Shown here in pieces: positions 8,647 through 18,227 of a DNA stretch of 64,000 bases. Position numbers and translations under genes: made by a program. Each line of letters starts with the position of its first letter. Within the stretch, counting starts at the first letter, position 1. Where the stretch lies: the IMG/VR virus record IMGVR_UViG_3300035703_000003; one strand, 5' to 3'. This stretch comes from a virus. Its lineage: Duplodnaviria; Heunggongvirae; Uroviricota; Caudoviricetes. A model generated the notes under the pieces. The model did no database searches, was not told the DNA's origin, and was given only the letters and a program-made list of their open reading frames with translations.

Positions 8647-10116
8647 TTACTCAAATAATGCGTTAAATTGTGCGCTACTGTTGACAGTTTTCTTACCAAC
8701 AGCACCTCTAGTTCCAACAACTTTCATCCATAGACGTTCGTGACTATCTACAAATGCTAGTGCTTCGTCACGATTCTCGAACTCAAAAGCTCGTGCAATA
8801 ACATCTTTAACTTCAGTTCTATCAAACTGTTCATCTACTAGCATGTTAGGATAAGTGCCGCCATCGTATGCACGATTTGCTGCTTGAACACTGTTAATAT
8901 GCGTATACACATTGTGATTCATCATAAGTGAATATGCAAAGCTATCCCAACTTGTTTTAGTTGACACACCCATACGATTTAAGTCTGTTGGATTATAGTG
9001 ACATATATCGTTAACTTTCAAACCATTAGTTATAGGTGTAGGCATCCAATCCGGATAAATTTTAGTTAGCAAGTCGTTATAAGGACTAGTATCAGTTGCT
9101 AAACCTTTGTCGTCTGGAGCATCGTTCATCATATAACTCCACTTGCCACCTTGCTCTAGACGATGACCTGTGTATACTTGACCATTAGCTGTGCATAAGA
9201 ATGGACTTGCACAATCGAATGTAATAGTAAAGTTTTCGTTATAGTTTTTACGAACTGCTCGCTGTATTGCAGTAAGCACCAATGCCCATTCTAGTTTACT
9301 TGTTCCGAGGAAGTGCATAAAGTCATGCACACCTTTTTCTAGCAAACCATCATGTATAAGTGTTATTACACGCTTAAGTGCAAGATGGATATCACACATA
9401 TTTTGTCCACCCATTGCCCAACCATTAAAGTGAGCATCTGGATATTTTTTAGGATCGCAATATTCCTTAACTTGACTATACCAGTCGTCTGCTTGTGCGA
9501 AGTTTTCGCCTTGCAATACGTTTAGGAATTTACAATTACCGTTACGATTTCTGATAAAGTAATCGTTATTAATACGTGTTCCATCAACAGCTTCTTGATA
9601 GCTGCTAATCTTACTTGCCTTAGCACCTTCCGGGCTACGGCTTACCCACGCAGGAATATCTAAGATCATACCATAGTCCATAAAGGCGTCCATCCATTCT
9701 AGAACGCCTTTACGCTTTTTCATTGCATTTGGGCAAGCAGGATCTTTCCAATCTCCTTCCCATACACCTTTACCAATTTGGAACCCTCCACTGTCTCCTA
9801 AGATCCAGCTAGTGTTTTTGTTTCGATCACGATACATGTCCTCACGAAACATATCTTTAGTAAGGTCTAGACTAGCATGACCTGCACTATGTAGACTCCA
9901 CTTGTATTGCCATAGGCCTTGAGGATCTAGCCAGTTTAGGCTTTCCACTCCGTTAGGCATACTTGCAGGGATTCGTGCAGGATCAATATATGGATTGCCT
10001 TCAATTAATCCACGACGCTGTCTCCCTACAAACAGCGCATAGAATGTGCTAAGTGCAGGGAGAAATATAGCGTAATCGTTTTGTGTTGAAGTTAAGTCAG
10101 TGTTTAGTTCATTCAT
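8647..10116 (-). CDS. dpdA: TGT-family transglycosylase, DpdA-like (7-deazaguanine DNA insertion)
   Basis: GDSGGFQ, LDIP, VLQG, HFLG and FDCASP TGT-like motifs; clustered with folE/queD and replication genes. Confidence 0.75.
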   Translation of the reverse strand: MNELNTDLTSTQNDYAIFLPALSTFYALFVGRQRRGLIEGNPYIDPARIPASMPNGVESLNWLDPQGLWQYKWSLHSAGHASLDLTKDMFREDMYRDRNKNTSWILGDSGGFQIGKGVWEGDWKDPACPNAMKKRKGVLEWMDAFMDYGMILDIPAWVSRSPEGAKASKISSYQEAVDGTRINNDYFIRNRNGNCKFLNVLQGENFAQADDWYSQVKEYCDPKKYPDAHFNGWAMGGQNMCDIHLALKRVITLIHDGLLEKGVHDFMHFLGTSKLEWALVLTAIQRAVRKNYNENFTITFDCASPFLCTANGQVYTGHRLEQGGKWSYMMNDAPDDKGLATDTSPYNDLLTKIYPDWMPTPITNGLKVNDICHYNPTDLNRMGVSTKTSWDSFAYSLMMNHNVYTHINSVQAANRAYDGGTYPNMLVDEQFDRTEVKDVIARAFEFENRDEALAFVDSHERLWMKVVGTRGAVGKKTVNSSAQFNALFE

Positions 10117-10118
10117 TA

Positions 10119-10850
10119 TTATTTGCTTTGAGCAGGTAGGATATATTCGTATACCGCAAGACCGTTATCTACGGTAATCATAGCTGCACCCATATCGCTA
10201 AACTGCATAGTGATATTTCCACTTAGTGATAGAATGCTCAATACTTCAACAATCGGATATTTCCATCCTTGCTTTAGTTCACCTGTAACGCTAGCTTGGA
10301 ATACAAAGTTACCAGTGTGACCGCTGTCGTCGCCGAAGTAAAACTTAAGATCACTACCTTCAGTCTTAGCAACGAATACAACTTCTTCACCGTTAGCTTG
10401 TGACTGGAATTTGAAGCGTTGTGTGCTAGCACTGCTTGGCTCTAGTGTAACATTCCAGTTTGCACCTTTAAAGCGAACACTTGCTAGTTTTTCTTCCATT
10501 AGTTCTTTTTGCATAAAGCGGAAGTCGTTCTTAAAGTCGCCTGTTGCATTTTCAAAGTGCATACCGAATGGTTCTTTTTCACCATTACGATCACGAGTAG
10601 TGACAGAGATCTTAGCATTTTCTTTGTATTCCGGAATGTTAAGAATAACGTTTAGTTTACTAAGATTAGGAAGACCAAATGTTCCTTCTAGACCTGGAAT
10701 TGGCTTTTTGTATCTTGCACGGACAACAACCTTATTGTCGTCATCCTTTGCTTCGACTGTAGTTGTTTCATCATTTGTGATTACTTTAACTGCTTCAATA
10801 TTGCTAACACCTTTTGTGTGTTTAACGATATCAAGTAGATAGTCTCTCAT
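10119..10850 (-). CDS. Putative DNA polymerase sliding clamp (gp45/PCNA-like)
   Basis: About 240 aa, FGLPNLSKL and C-terminal YEYILPA; near the DNA polymerase. Confidence 0.65.
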   Translation of the reverse strand: MRDYLLDIVKHTKGVSNIEAVKVITNDETTTVEAKDDDNKVVVRARYKKPIPGLEGTFGLPNLSKLNVILNIPEYKENAKISVTTRDRNGEKEPFGMHFENATGDFKNDFRFMQKELMEEKLASVRFKGANWNVTLEPSSASTQRFKFQSQANGEEVVFVAKTEGSDLKFYFGDDSGHTGNFVFQASVTGELKQGWKYPIVEVLSILSLSGNITMQFSDMGAAMITVDNGLAVYEYILPAQSK

Positions 10851-11083
10851 GTGTTTGTCCTCTTTATAAGTTTAACTTTGTAGCTGCCTAGTGTGCGTTC
10901 TAATGTAAATTCACGCACCTTTGTATTTAGACGAAGCCATTCTTCGATTTCGTCTTTTATAGCGCCTTGTCCGCAAATAACTCTACAATATGTATAATTT
11001 CCATAATAACATTCATTTATGAAATTAGCAATCTTTTTCCATGCTTCATGTATATGAAAACCATGTAAATCTATAGTAGGCAT
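10847..11083 (-). CDS. Stand-alone Smr domain protein
   Basis: MPTIDLHG...RVICGQG...GSYKV; start reassigned to 11083. Confidence 0.8.
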   Translation of the reverse strand: MPTIDLHGFHIHEAWKKIANFINECYYGNYTYCRVICGQGAIKDEIEEWLRLNTKVREFTLERTLGSYKVKLIKRTNT

Positions 11084-11084
11084 C

Positions 11085-11633
11085 TTAGAAACGAATGTTG
11101 AACTGCGCTCTGCGGTTAATTCTCCAGCAACCTTCATTAGAATCAATGCATATCGGTCTTTCTTTGCCGTATGACAACACACCGATGCGATCAGCGACAA
11201 CACCGTTGTTTACTAAAATTTGCTTAACTGATTCTGCTCTGTCTTTGCCCAGACCTAAGTTATATTCTCTTGTTCCACGCTCGTCTGCATAACCTTCGAT
11301 AATTACTGTTGCACTTGCGTTCTTCTGCAAGAATTCAATGACTGGGGTTAAGTTAGCAACTTCTTCTGCTGATAGTGTATTGCTATTAGAGTCAAAGTAA
11401 ACTGCAAAATTGTTTAGATTTGCTGCTTCGACCATAGCACTAAGTTCGGCTACTTGCTGCTCTAACGTTTTGATTTGGGTTTGCAGATCGCCGTCGGTCT
11501 TAGACAATTGCGTAACAGCATCGGTAATCTGATCGTTTACATATGCTTTGATATCTTCTTGTGTTGTAGTTGTTTGTGCAGATGCTACTGATGCTCCTAG
11601 TAGTAGTGCTGCAATTATACTAAGTTTTTTCAT
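11085..11633 (-). CDS. Secreted OmpA/Pal-type peptidoglycan-binding protein
   Basis: Signal peptide, coiled coil, VYFDSNS, IEGYADERGTREYNLGLG and NRRA motifs. Confidence 0.9.
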   Translation of the reverse strand: MKKLSIIAALLLGASVASAQTTTTQEDIKAYVNDQITDAVTQLSKTDGDLQTQIKTLEQQVAELSAMVEAANLNNFAVYFDSNSNTLSAEEVANLTPVIEFLQKNASATVIIEGYADERGTREYNLGLGKDRAESVKQILVNNGVVADRIGVLSYGKERPICIDSNEGCWRINRRAQFNIRF

Positions 11634-11648
11634 ATTTCAATCCTTTTA

Positions 11649-14348
11649 TTATCCGAAGTCAAACAAACTTTCGAAAGTAGTTTTATCTTCAGCCTTACTT
11701 AAATCCCAGCCCATAACACCTAGCAAGTTTTCAATCTTTTGTGTAATGATGCCTTCTTCCATTTCGTCTATATCAAATGGTAGTTCTTTAAACCATTCAG
11801 CTAAACGACCTTCGTCGGTCGGATAACCTATGCTTGTAAATCCCATTGGATTTGCTTTTAGTTTACAAACAATAGTTTTCATACCGTCCATAATTTCAAT
11901 GCTATACTTGTCGCCGTTTAATCTACGCAAACGGTTATAGTTGATTGCTGCACGGACATGACCTGGCATGTTAAATTTGCCTTTGTAAATTTCATTGCCT
12001 GTATGCGGATCTGTCATAAACTCTTGGCTGTAGTAATAAGTTAACTTGTTAACACGCTTAGGAGTTCCTTTAAGCCACGGAGGCATTGCTCTGAACTCTT
12101 GACGGAAATCAATGATACGATCAATGATATCGCTTTCCTTTGTGCCAGTTAGTGTTTTGAGCAGTAACTCACTTAAGAAGTCTTGCATAAACGCAGGCGT
12201 GTCACTTCGCTTAAGATCGAGACCCATAGCTTTAATTTTACCAGGCTTATCGTTTTGATCTTCTCTGTGACCTTCCGAATCATATACAAGAATAGCGTAG
12301 CGTTTTTTAGTAATGAAAATGCCTGCACTAGCACATACTTCACGACCTGCAGCAATAATTTTGCCTTGGTCTGGATTTATTACATTGTGTGCAGTTCTCA
12401 TGTAATCAGGGAATGTTGTATTTGCTTCGTTTGATACTGTGTCATACAACTCAGTTACTTTTTCTTTATTCCATTCAAACTCGCCCGATTCAATTTGCTT
12501 TTTGAATACCGGATAAGCACTAAAGTATACAGAGTCAGTATCCCCGTATATAATAGAATCGCCCTTATGGTCATATGCTCCGGTAAACAATTCGTTTACT
12601 TTTGCTGCCATGTGTCGTGCAATACAACGTCCTGTAAGTGTTGTAGATTGACCTAATCGTCCGTCGTTAAATCTTGATCCAGGATTGAGAACAGCGCCGT
12701 ATAGTGAGTTAAGGTTAATCTTCTTAACTAGCTGTCGTTTGTCCCAAAATGCAAATTGTTCGTCGTCTACACCTTTGAACTCTTTTGCTTTTTTCTGCAA
12801 CTGTTTACGTTCGCTATACCAGCGTTCTAGCAGTCCAGGAATAATACCTTTACGATCTTGTGTAACAATTGTCCCGTTAGCTGTTAACACCCAATTTTGA
12901 TCTCCATTGAAGATAATGTCGTATATTTCTGCTCCGGTTGCAGGTAGTTCTTCGCCATTTTCAAAATCAATATACAATAAGACTTCGTTGTCTTTCTCCA
13001 TCACAAGTTCGTATTCAGGACAAGCAAATCTGCCTTCCCATGCTTTTGCAACTTCCCAGTCGTGTTCTTGTAACAGCTTAACAGTAAGTGTGTGCCGCAA
13101 TTGACCAACAATAGTTTCTGTTGACATGTTAGTGCTACGCAAGATACTAGGATACAGCGAGTTTAAGTCCATTGAACCAATCCACTCGTGATAACCTTTA
13201 ACAGGAGTAGCAACATACGCACCTGCTGCAGTTACCGCCTGTGGATAACCTTTTTGAACTTTGTTATGTTCCTTGTCGGGAACAATGTAGCCACGCTGGT
13301 GTGCTTCGTTTACAATTGCTTGGTCGGTAACCGCAACTGCACCCATCGTAGTTTGAATAAGAACCGTATTATCGTGTGCAATAACGTTAGCTAAGTCAAT
13401 GAACTGTAGCTTTTTGTCTAGCTTAACTAATAGTTCAACGTCTTGCCTGTTATAGTCAATAAACGTAAAGAAGTCGTTGTTGTATAGTTGATCTAGTGTG
13501 CCTTCGTATGCAATTTTACGTTCGTTAAGTTCGTATTCACCGATTGCATCTAATGAATAGCTGTGCATTTCATGATACGTATACTTGCGATACAGTTGCA
13601 TATAGTCCAAATGTATTCTGCCAAGTGTATCAAACGTTTCCTGCATTTTACCAAAACGCTCAAACTCTCTGCGCTTAGGATATTGATGCCATAAACAAAA
13701 ACGACGAGTATGCTCTTTACCAAGAACTCTTGCTACACGATTAACGATATATGGAATGTCGAAGCCTTCCGAGTTCCAGCCTGTTAAAACGTCTGCATCT
13801 TCGACTAAGTTAAGAAATGTATCTAGCAGTTCTTCTTCATTTTCCATTAGTAGAGTGTCGTCAAACTTTTCTACAATTGTTTGTGCGTCTGCTCTACTAA
13901 GTGTTTTTGGTTTGCATACAAGACATATAGTCTTTTTAATCCAGTTTAAATGAACAGCAATAGCAGTGATCGGATTAAATGGATCACTAGGATCAGCAAA
14001 GCCTTTATCTTTATCAAAGTCAACTTCAATGTCGAAAAACGCAATGTTTAGCTTTGGCGGTTCTTTGCCTAGATAGTTTTCTTCAAAACAACGAAAAACA
14101 GGATTAATGTCACTTTCGTATAGTTTCTGGCCGCTATATAGTTTCTTTTCTTTTTGAAATGCTTTGTTACTAGATGTGATAACACGATCTAGTTTTTCGC
14201 CAAAGATACTTTCAAATTTACCACGACTATCCTTGTAATAGAAAATATAACGGGCAGGGTATTCTCTATAATCCCTGCGACCGTTATTTCTTTCAACAAC
14301 ATGGATTATGTCACGATCCCTATCGAATAGGGCGTCCACATATGACAT
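11649..14348 (-). CDS. Family B DNA polymerase (T4 gp43-like)
   Basis: FDIEV exonuclease motif, DLNSLYPS, KINLNSLYG, YGDTDS and KKRYA. Confidence 0.97.
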   Translation of the reverse strand: MSYVDALFDRDRDIIHVVERNNGRRDYREYPARYIFYYKDSRGKFESIFGEKLDRVITSSNKAFQKEKKLYSGQKLYESDINPVFRCFEENYLGKEPPKLNIAFFDIEVDFDKDKGFADPSDPFNPITAIAVHLNWIKKTICLVCKPKTLSRADAQTIVEKFDDTLLMENEEELLDTFLNLVEDADVLTGWNSEGFDIPYIVNRVARVLGKEHTRRFCLWHQYPKRREFERFGKMQETFDTLGRIHLDYMQLYRKYTYHEMHSYSLDAIGEYELNERKIAYEGTLDQLYNNDFFTFIDYNRQDVELLVKLDKKLQFIDLANVIAHDNTVLIQTTMGAVAVTDQAIVNEAHQRGYIVPDKEHNKVQKGYPQAVTAAGAYVATPVKGYHEWIGSMDLNSLYPSILRSTNMSTETIVGQLRHTLTVKLLQEHDWEVAKAWEGRFACPEYELVMEKDNEVLLYIDFENGEELPATGAEIYDIIFNGDQNWVLTANGTIVTQDRKGIIPGLLERWYSERKQLQKKAKEFKGVDDEQFAFWDKRQLVKKINLNSLYGAVLNPGSRFNDGRLGQSTTLTGRCIARHMAAKVNELFTGAYDHKGDSIIYGDTDSVYFSAYPVFKKQIESGEFEWNKEKVTELYDTVSNEANTTFPDYMRTAHNVINPDQGKIIAAGREVCASAGIFITKKRYAILVYDSEGHREDQNDKPGKIKAMGLDLKRSDTPAFMQDFLSELLLKTLTGTKESDIIDRIIDFRQEFRAMPPWLKGTPKRVNKLTYYYSQEFMTDPHTGNEIYKGKFNMPGHVRAAINYNRLRRLNGDKYSIEIMDGMKTIVCKLKANPMGFTSIGYPTDEGRLAEWFKELPFDIDEMEEGIITQKIENLLGVMGWDLSKAEDKTTFESLFDFG

Positions 14349-14369
14349 TATTATTCCTTAAAGTGTGAA

Positions 14370-14633
14370 TTATTCAGTTGCACGACCAACTGCATGAAGC
14401 ACTTCTTCTACTTCATTAAAACCGTCTTTGACTTTTGCAAATTCGTTTTTGTAAGCAATTTTGATTGCTTTATTGATAACTGCAGGCTTAAGGTCTAGTT
14501 CTTCTGAAATAGCCTTAACAGTATCCGACAACCCGCCACGTAGTGTTTCGAGCTCTGCCGTTACTTGGATACCTTCTTGGATGATTTGTTTAAGTTTTGT
14601 AATTTCGCTTTCGCTAAATGATCTGGTAGGCAT
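14370..14633 (-). CDS. Small dsDNA-binding protein (T4 DsbA/GapR-like)
   Basis: 87-aa helical protein with the pattern LSDTVKAISEELDLKPAVINKAIK. Confidence 0.55.
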   Translation of the reverse strand: MPTRSFSESEITKLKQIIQEGIQVTAELETLRGGLSDTVKAISEELDLKPAVINKAIKIAYKNEFAKVKDGFNEVEEVLHAVGRATE

Positions 14634-14662
14634 GATGACTCCTTTAACCTTGTATATCCTAC

Positions 14663-14691
14663 AATATATGTTATATTTGCACGGTTGTCAA
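14663..14691 (-). promoter_or_regulatory. Sigma70-like promoter heading the replication/modification operon
   Basis: TTGACA-N17-TATATT. Confidence 0.7.
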
Positions 14692-15512
14692 CTGTTTTTG
14701 ATTTTTTCATAAAACATATCTGCCAATGTTTTATTCACTTCTTTTCCTGGGTGAAGCAAGTCTCTGCCTAACGAAGGTCTGGCGTCTGGCCATATAACGT
14801 TGTTTTCGTTAAAAATAGTGTCTATTACAGTTAGATAATATAATTTTACATTGTTTTGCATACAAATAAGTTCTATAGCATATCTATTTTTTAAAGTTGC
14901 ATAATAAGTATTTTCTTCGTTTAACACCCAATCATCATAAAATTTTTTGTATCCTTCAAGTTCTACTTTTAATTCCGGATAAGTTGACAATGCTTCTTTT
15001 GTAAATTTATGCATTAATAAATTAATAGGTTCCTTAGAGTTATTATATATATTAAGAGGTTTTATTATTTCTTTTCTGGCAGGATCTGGTTCTAATATTA
15101 TTACAATTTTAGGTTTAATATAAGGTATCCAATGACTAGCTAATCTAAAAACAGTATCAAACGATGCTCCGCATACACCCATATTTAAACAAGTTAAGTT
15201 TAGTTGTTCAGCAAGTATATTACTAAAACGATTGCTCTCATGAATACCTTCGCCAAATGTGTGACTGCAGCCAAACGCCATTAATACATCGCTGTTTTTA
15301 AGATCATGCGTTATATCCCGAGTTCTAAAACCATAATTATTAAACTTGTAAGATATCTTGGTATCTAACCAATCTAAATTTTTTAGAAGTTTGTGTTTTT
15401 CCGGATTTTTTAAATTTCGGTTGTAGTGCTCTTCGCTATCGCCAAACAGCCATTCGAATTCAATGTTTCTGTGATAATAGGACCCTATTATCATTTTGTT
15501 TTCATCTAACAT
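14688..15512 (-). CDS. SGNH/GDSL hydrolase-like protein
   Basis: FGCSHTFG, NMGVCGAS and RDLLHPG motifs. Confidence 0.65.
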   Translation of the reverse strand: MLDENKMIIGSYYHRNIEFEWLFGDSEEHYNRNLKNPEKHKLLKNLDWLDTKISYKFNNYGFRTRDITHDLKNSDVLMAFGCSHTFGEGIHESNRFSNILAEQLNLTCLNMGVCGASFDTVFRLASHWIPYIKPKIVIILEPDPARKEIIKPLNIYNNSKEPINLLMHKFTKEALSTYPELKVELEGYKKFYDDWVLNEENTYYATLKNRYAIELICMQNNVKLYYLTVIDTIFNENNVIWPDARPSLGRDLLHPGKEVNKTLADMFYEKIKNS

Positions 15513-15516
15513 GCGC

Positions 15517-15801
15517 TTATTTTTTATTTTCTAGGTCTTTAATGCGAGCTTCTAAATCATCTATTTTTGCAACAATCTTAGGATACTTTTTCTTCCATGC
15601 ATCCTCTGGTTGTTCAAGCCAAGTCAAGCCCCAACGTGCAACTAGGTAATCTACTATGCGATCAAATTGTGCATATGCCCATAAACCTATTCTTGTTGTC
15701 CCTAGATATGCTACAACCATTGCACTAATAATACCACCGATGATTGCAGTGTAGATCCACAACCTGTCGCTAGCCATACGTTCCATCATATCCCAAAGCA
15801 T
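15517..15801 (-). CDS. Membrane protein
   Basis: N-terminal TM helix and C-terminal coiled coil. Confidence 0.7.
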   Translation of the reverse strand: MLWDMMERMASDRLWIYTAIIGGIISAMVVAYLGTTRIGLWAYAQFDRIVDYLVARWGLTWLEQPEDAWKKKYPKIVAKIDDLEARIKDLENKK

Positions 15802-15804
15802 AAT

Positions 15805-16095
15805 TTATCTCACTTTATTAAAACGTTCGACTGTTTGTCTAACAGTTTGTTGTTCATTTGCAATTTTTCTAAGATCACGGCCTTGCTCTATTACTAGAGC
15901 ATTTAGTCGACGTAGTTGCTCTTCCAATCCACGAACATATGCTTGTGTTGGTATAAGTTTTTCTTGCCCATGTTCGTCTAACATCTTAAACGAGTCTGCA
16001 CCTTGGCTTTTTAGACCACCAACAACTCTGTTTGGATTTTTTTCTTCGTCTATGGGTTTTTTCTTTTTAGCCCCATACATGTTATATATACTCAT
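15805..16095 (-). CDS. Hypothetical coiled-coil protein
   Basis: Coupled ORF. Confidence 0.7.
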   Translation of the reverse strand: MSIYNMYGAKKKKPIDEEKNPNRVVGGLKSQGADSFKMLDEHGQEKLIPTQAYVRGLEEQLRRLNALVIEQGRDLRKIANEQQTVRQTVERFNKVR

Positions 16096-16247
16096 CCGTG
16101 TTCAAACCTTGATAATGATTTTGGTATTGGTATTACATTTTTCGACTTTTCTAAGTTTTCCATGTATTGTTTCCAATACGCTGTTCTTTCATTGGTAGAA
16201 GCACGAGTTTCCTCGTGCTTCTTTAATATTTCAACATAATGTTTCAT
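16092..16247 (-). CDS. Small hypothetical protein (51 aa)
   Basis: Not in the track. MKHYVEILKKHEE..., ATGA overlap with the next gene. Confidence 0.6.
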   Translation of the reverse strand: MKHYVEILKKHEETRASTNERTAYWKQYMENLEKSKNVIPIPKSLSRFEHG

Positions 16248-16276
16248 ATCAATATTCAATTATTTAATTCCCAGTT

Positions 16277-16543
16277 TCATTTGTCACTCGCTCCAAAGAA
16301 GAAGTTAATAATTGTTGACACTGCGGTACCTAATAAAAATCCTAAAATAATATTAGCAAAATTTACACCGTCTGGTGGTAGTGGAAAGAAAGTAACGCAA
16401 AAGAAATATATTACACTTACTATTCCCCAAAACCAAGCGAACCAATATGTAAAATGTGATGCTAATTTATCACCACGTCTTACTAGTTCTTCGTGTGCAT
16501 CTCGCAAACTGTTGTCTGTTGTGTCCATATTATCGTCTGACAT
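16277..16543 (-). CDS. Putative holin (2 TM)
   Basis: TAATG overlap with the endolysin stop; two TM helices; FFFGAS end. Confidence 0.65.
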   Translation of the reverse strand: MSDDNMDTTDNSLRDAHEELVRRGDKLASHFTYWFAWFWGIVSVIYFFCVTFFPLPPDGVNFANIILGFLLGTAVSTIINFFFGASDK

Positions 16544-17415
16544 TATTTGATACCCATTGCTGCTAGTGTTTTTGGTCCTGCTACGCCGTCTGCTGTAAGA
16601 CCTTTGCTTGCTTGCCATTTTTTAAGTGCTGCTTCTGTGCCTGGACCAAAGTCACCATCGGCACCTACACCTAATACTGCCTGCATTTTCTTAACTAAGT
16701 CGCCTTTGCTGCCTTTCTTAAGTGTTGCTGTTGCTGCACTTTCACTTGCAGATTCTGCTACTGGCTTAAGTGTTACTTTACCACCGAACACTTCCATTGC
16801 TTTTTTATAACGTGATTGACGATCTGCTAACCCGATGTCACCGCCGTTGATGATTTTAGTCATCTTAACAACATCGCCTGTATCAGCAACATCATTCAGT
16901 TTCTTTGCGTTCCAGAACCAGCAAGCTGATTCAATTGCGCCTTTTTCTGTTGCAACATATTCTGCAGCTTGTTCTGCGGTCATATTAACACTCTTACCAA
17001 AGTTAGTGTAGTTCTCACGACCAGTAAGTTGTTTTAGACCACGACCACGGAATCTCCATCCGTCACCCTCTTTTACGTTACCCATCTTTGATGTGCGGAA
17101 TTCGTCCATGTAAACATAGTTTGCAATCTTTTCTGGATTCTTTGCATACTCGGCAGCATTACGCTTTCCTGCGCCAAAGTAACGTGGAAAAATCTTTAGT
17201 AGAGTTTCTTCTCTATAGTTCAAGTTTTCTTCTAGCGTCATAAAGTTTCCGCTTTCATGAGCGCATTGTGCGATAAAGCCAGCAACTCTTGCTTCTGTTA
17301 CGATATCATATTTCGGAAGAATGTCTGCAAGTGCATCGTACCACTCTTCGACTTTTTTATTTCCTGGTATTAATGCTGCTAAATGCTCTTTAGTAAAATT
17401 AAATTTAAATGCCAT
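16543..17415 (-). CDS. GH19 endolysin with C-terminal PG-binding domain
   Basis: AQCAHES, FRGRGLKQLTG, INGG and DGDFGPGT...DGVAGPKT motifs. Confidence 0.92.
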   Translation of the reverse strand: MAFKFNFTKEHLAALIPGNKKVEEWYDALADILPKYDIVTEARVAGFIAQCAHESGNFMTLEENLNYREETLLKIFPRYFGAGKRNAAEYAKNPEKIANYVYMDEFRTSKMGNVKEGDGWRFRGRGLKQLTGRENYTNFGKSVNMTAEQAAEYVATEKGAIESACWFWNAKKLNDVADTGDVVKMTKIINGGDIGLADRQSRYKKAMEVFGGKVTLKPVAESASESAATATLKKGSKGDLVKKMQAVLGVGADGDFGPGTEAALKKWQASKGLTADGVAGPKTLAAMGIK

Positions 17416-17450
17416 TATACTATTCCTTCTATAGCTTTAGTTCTTAGTAT

Positions 17451-18044
17451 TTATTTTACCCAGGCGCCGATCCGGCCGTGAATGTCTGGATAAACCCTAT
17501 ATTTGTAACCTTCTGGTGGATCAATCGATTGACCTTCCCATACAGGAATAAAATGTGTTGTGTTGCCTTCAAAGTCTTCGTTATGTCTAAAATGCACTTC
17601 AATGAGTTTACCGCCTATATATTCGCAGTTTATCCATTCGTATTTTTTTGAAAATTCTTTTAGTATAGTAGGCATCTTTAAACGGTCTGATACCCTAATC
17701 CAATGATCCCATTTTGTAAAAGTATTATTGCTTTTGTGTCCTTCTACTGCAAGAGTTTGTTTGCCCCAATGATAGTCTATGCTTAAATGTCTACCTTCGA
17801 ACCACTCACACCAAAAGTGTCCAACTGGCAAATGTGTAGTAGCTTTTTCTAACCATATTCTTTGTGCGCCTAAACCTAAACCCATCATATTAACACATGG
17901 TCTAACAATATAATAGCCTGGATGTGGAACCTCTAACCCCATCGGCCCGCAGTTATAATACATTTTTCTAGATAAGATAAGTTTGTCCATAACCCAAATA
18001 TCGTCGGGGTCTATATTTTTCCAAACTTCATCTTCTGCTGACAT
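17451..18044 (-). CDS. ATP-grasp-like phage protein
   Basis: YIVRP, HLSIDY and INCEYIGGKLIEVHFR resemble ATP-grasp elements. Confidence 0.5.
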   Translation of the reverse strand: MSAEDEVWKNIDPDDIWVMDKLILSRKMYYNCGPMGLEVPHPGYYIVRPCVNMMGLGLGAQRIWLEKATTHLPVGHFWCEWFEGRHLSIDYHWGKQTLAVEGHKSNNTFTKWDHWIRVSDRLKMPTILKEFSKKYEWINCEYIGGKLIEVHFRHNEDFEGNTTHFIPVWEGQSIDPPEGYKYRVYPDIHGRIGAWVK

Positions 18045-18224
18045 TTAAAATCCGAGTTCTATGCCGCTATCTTGCCAACCCCAATGTTGATCGTTGGTTT
18101 TTTTGCAATGATCGCAATCACAATTATGGCAAACATCGTTACGACAATCTTTGCATTCACCACCACAATGGTGGCTGCACCCACAATTTTTGCAGGTGCA
18201 GCTTGAATGTTCTGTTATTTTCAT
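18045..18224 (-). CDS. Cys/His-rich metallothionein-like peptide (59 aa)
   Basis: Not in the track. MKITEHSSCTCKNCGCSHHCGGECKDCRNDVCHNCDCDHCKK...; 11 Cys; GGAG RBS; fills the gap exactly. Confidence 0.75.
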   Translation of the reverse strand: MKITEHSSCTCKNCGCSHHCGGECKDCRNDVCHNCDCDHCKKTNDQHWGWQDSGIELGF

Positions 18225-18227
18225 GTA

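Noticed and set aside
11649-14348. Intein or intron in the DNA polymerase
   Set aside because: The ORF is continuous, of normal length, with normally spaced motifs and no splice-junction motif.
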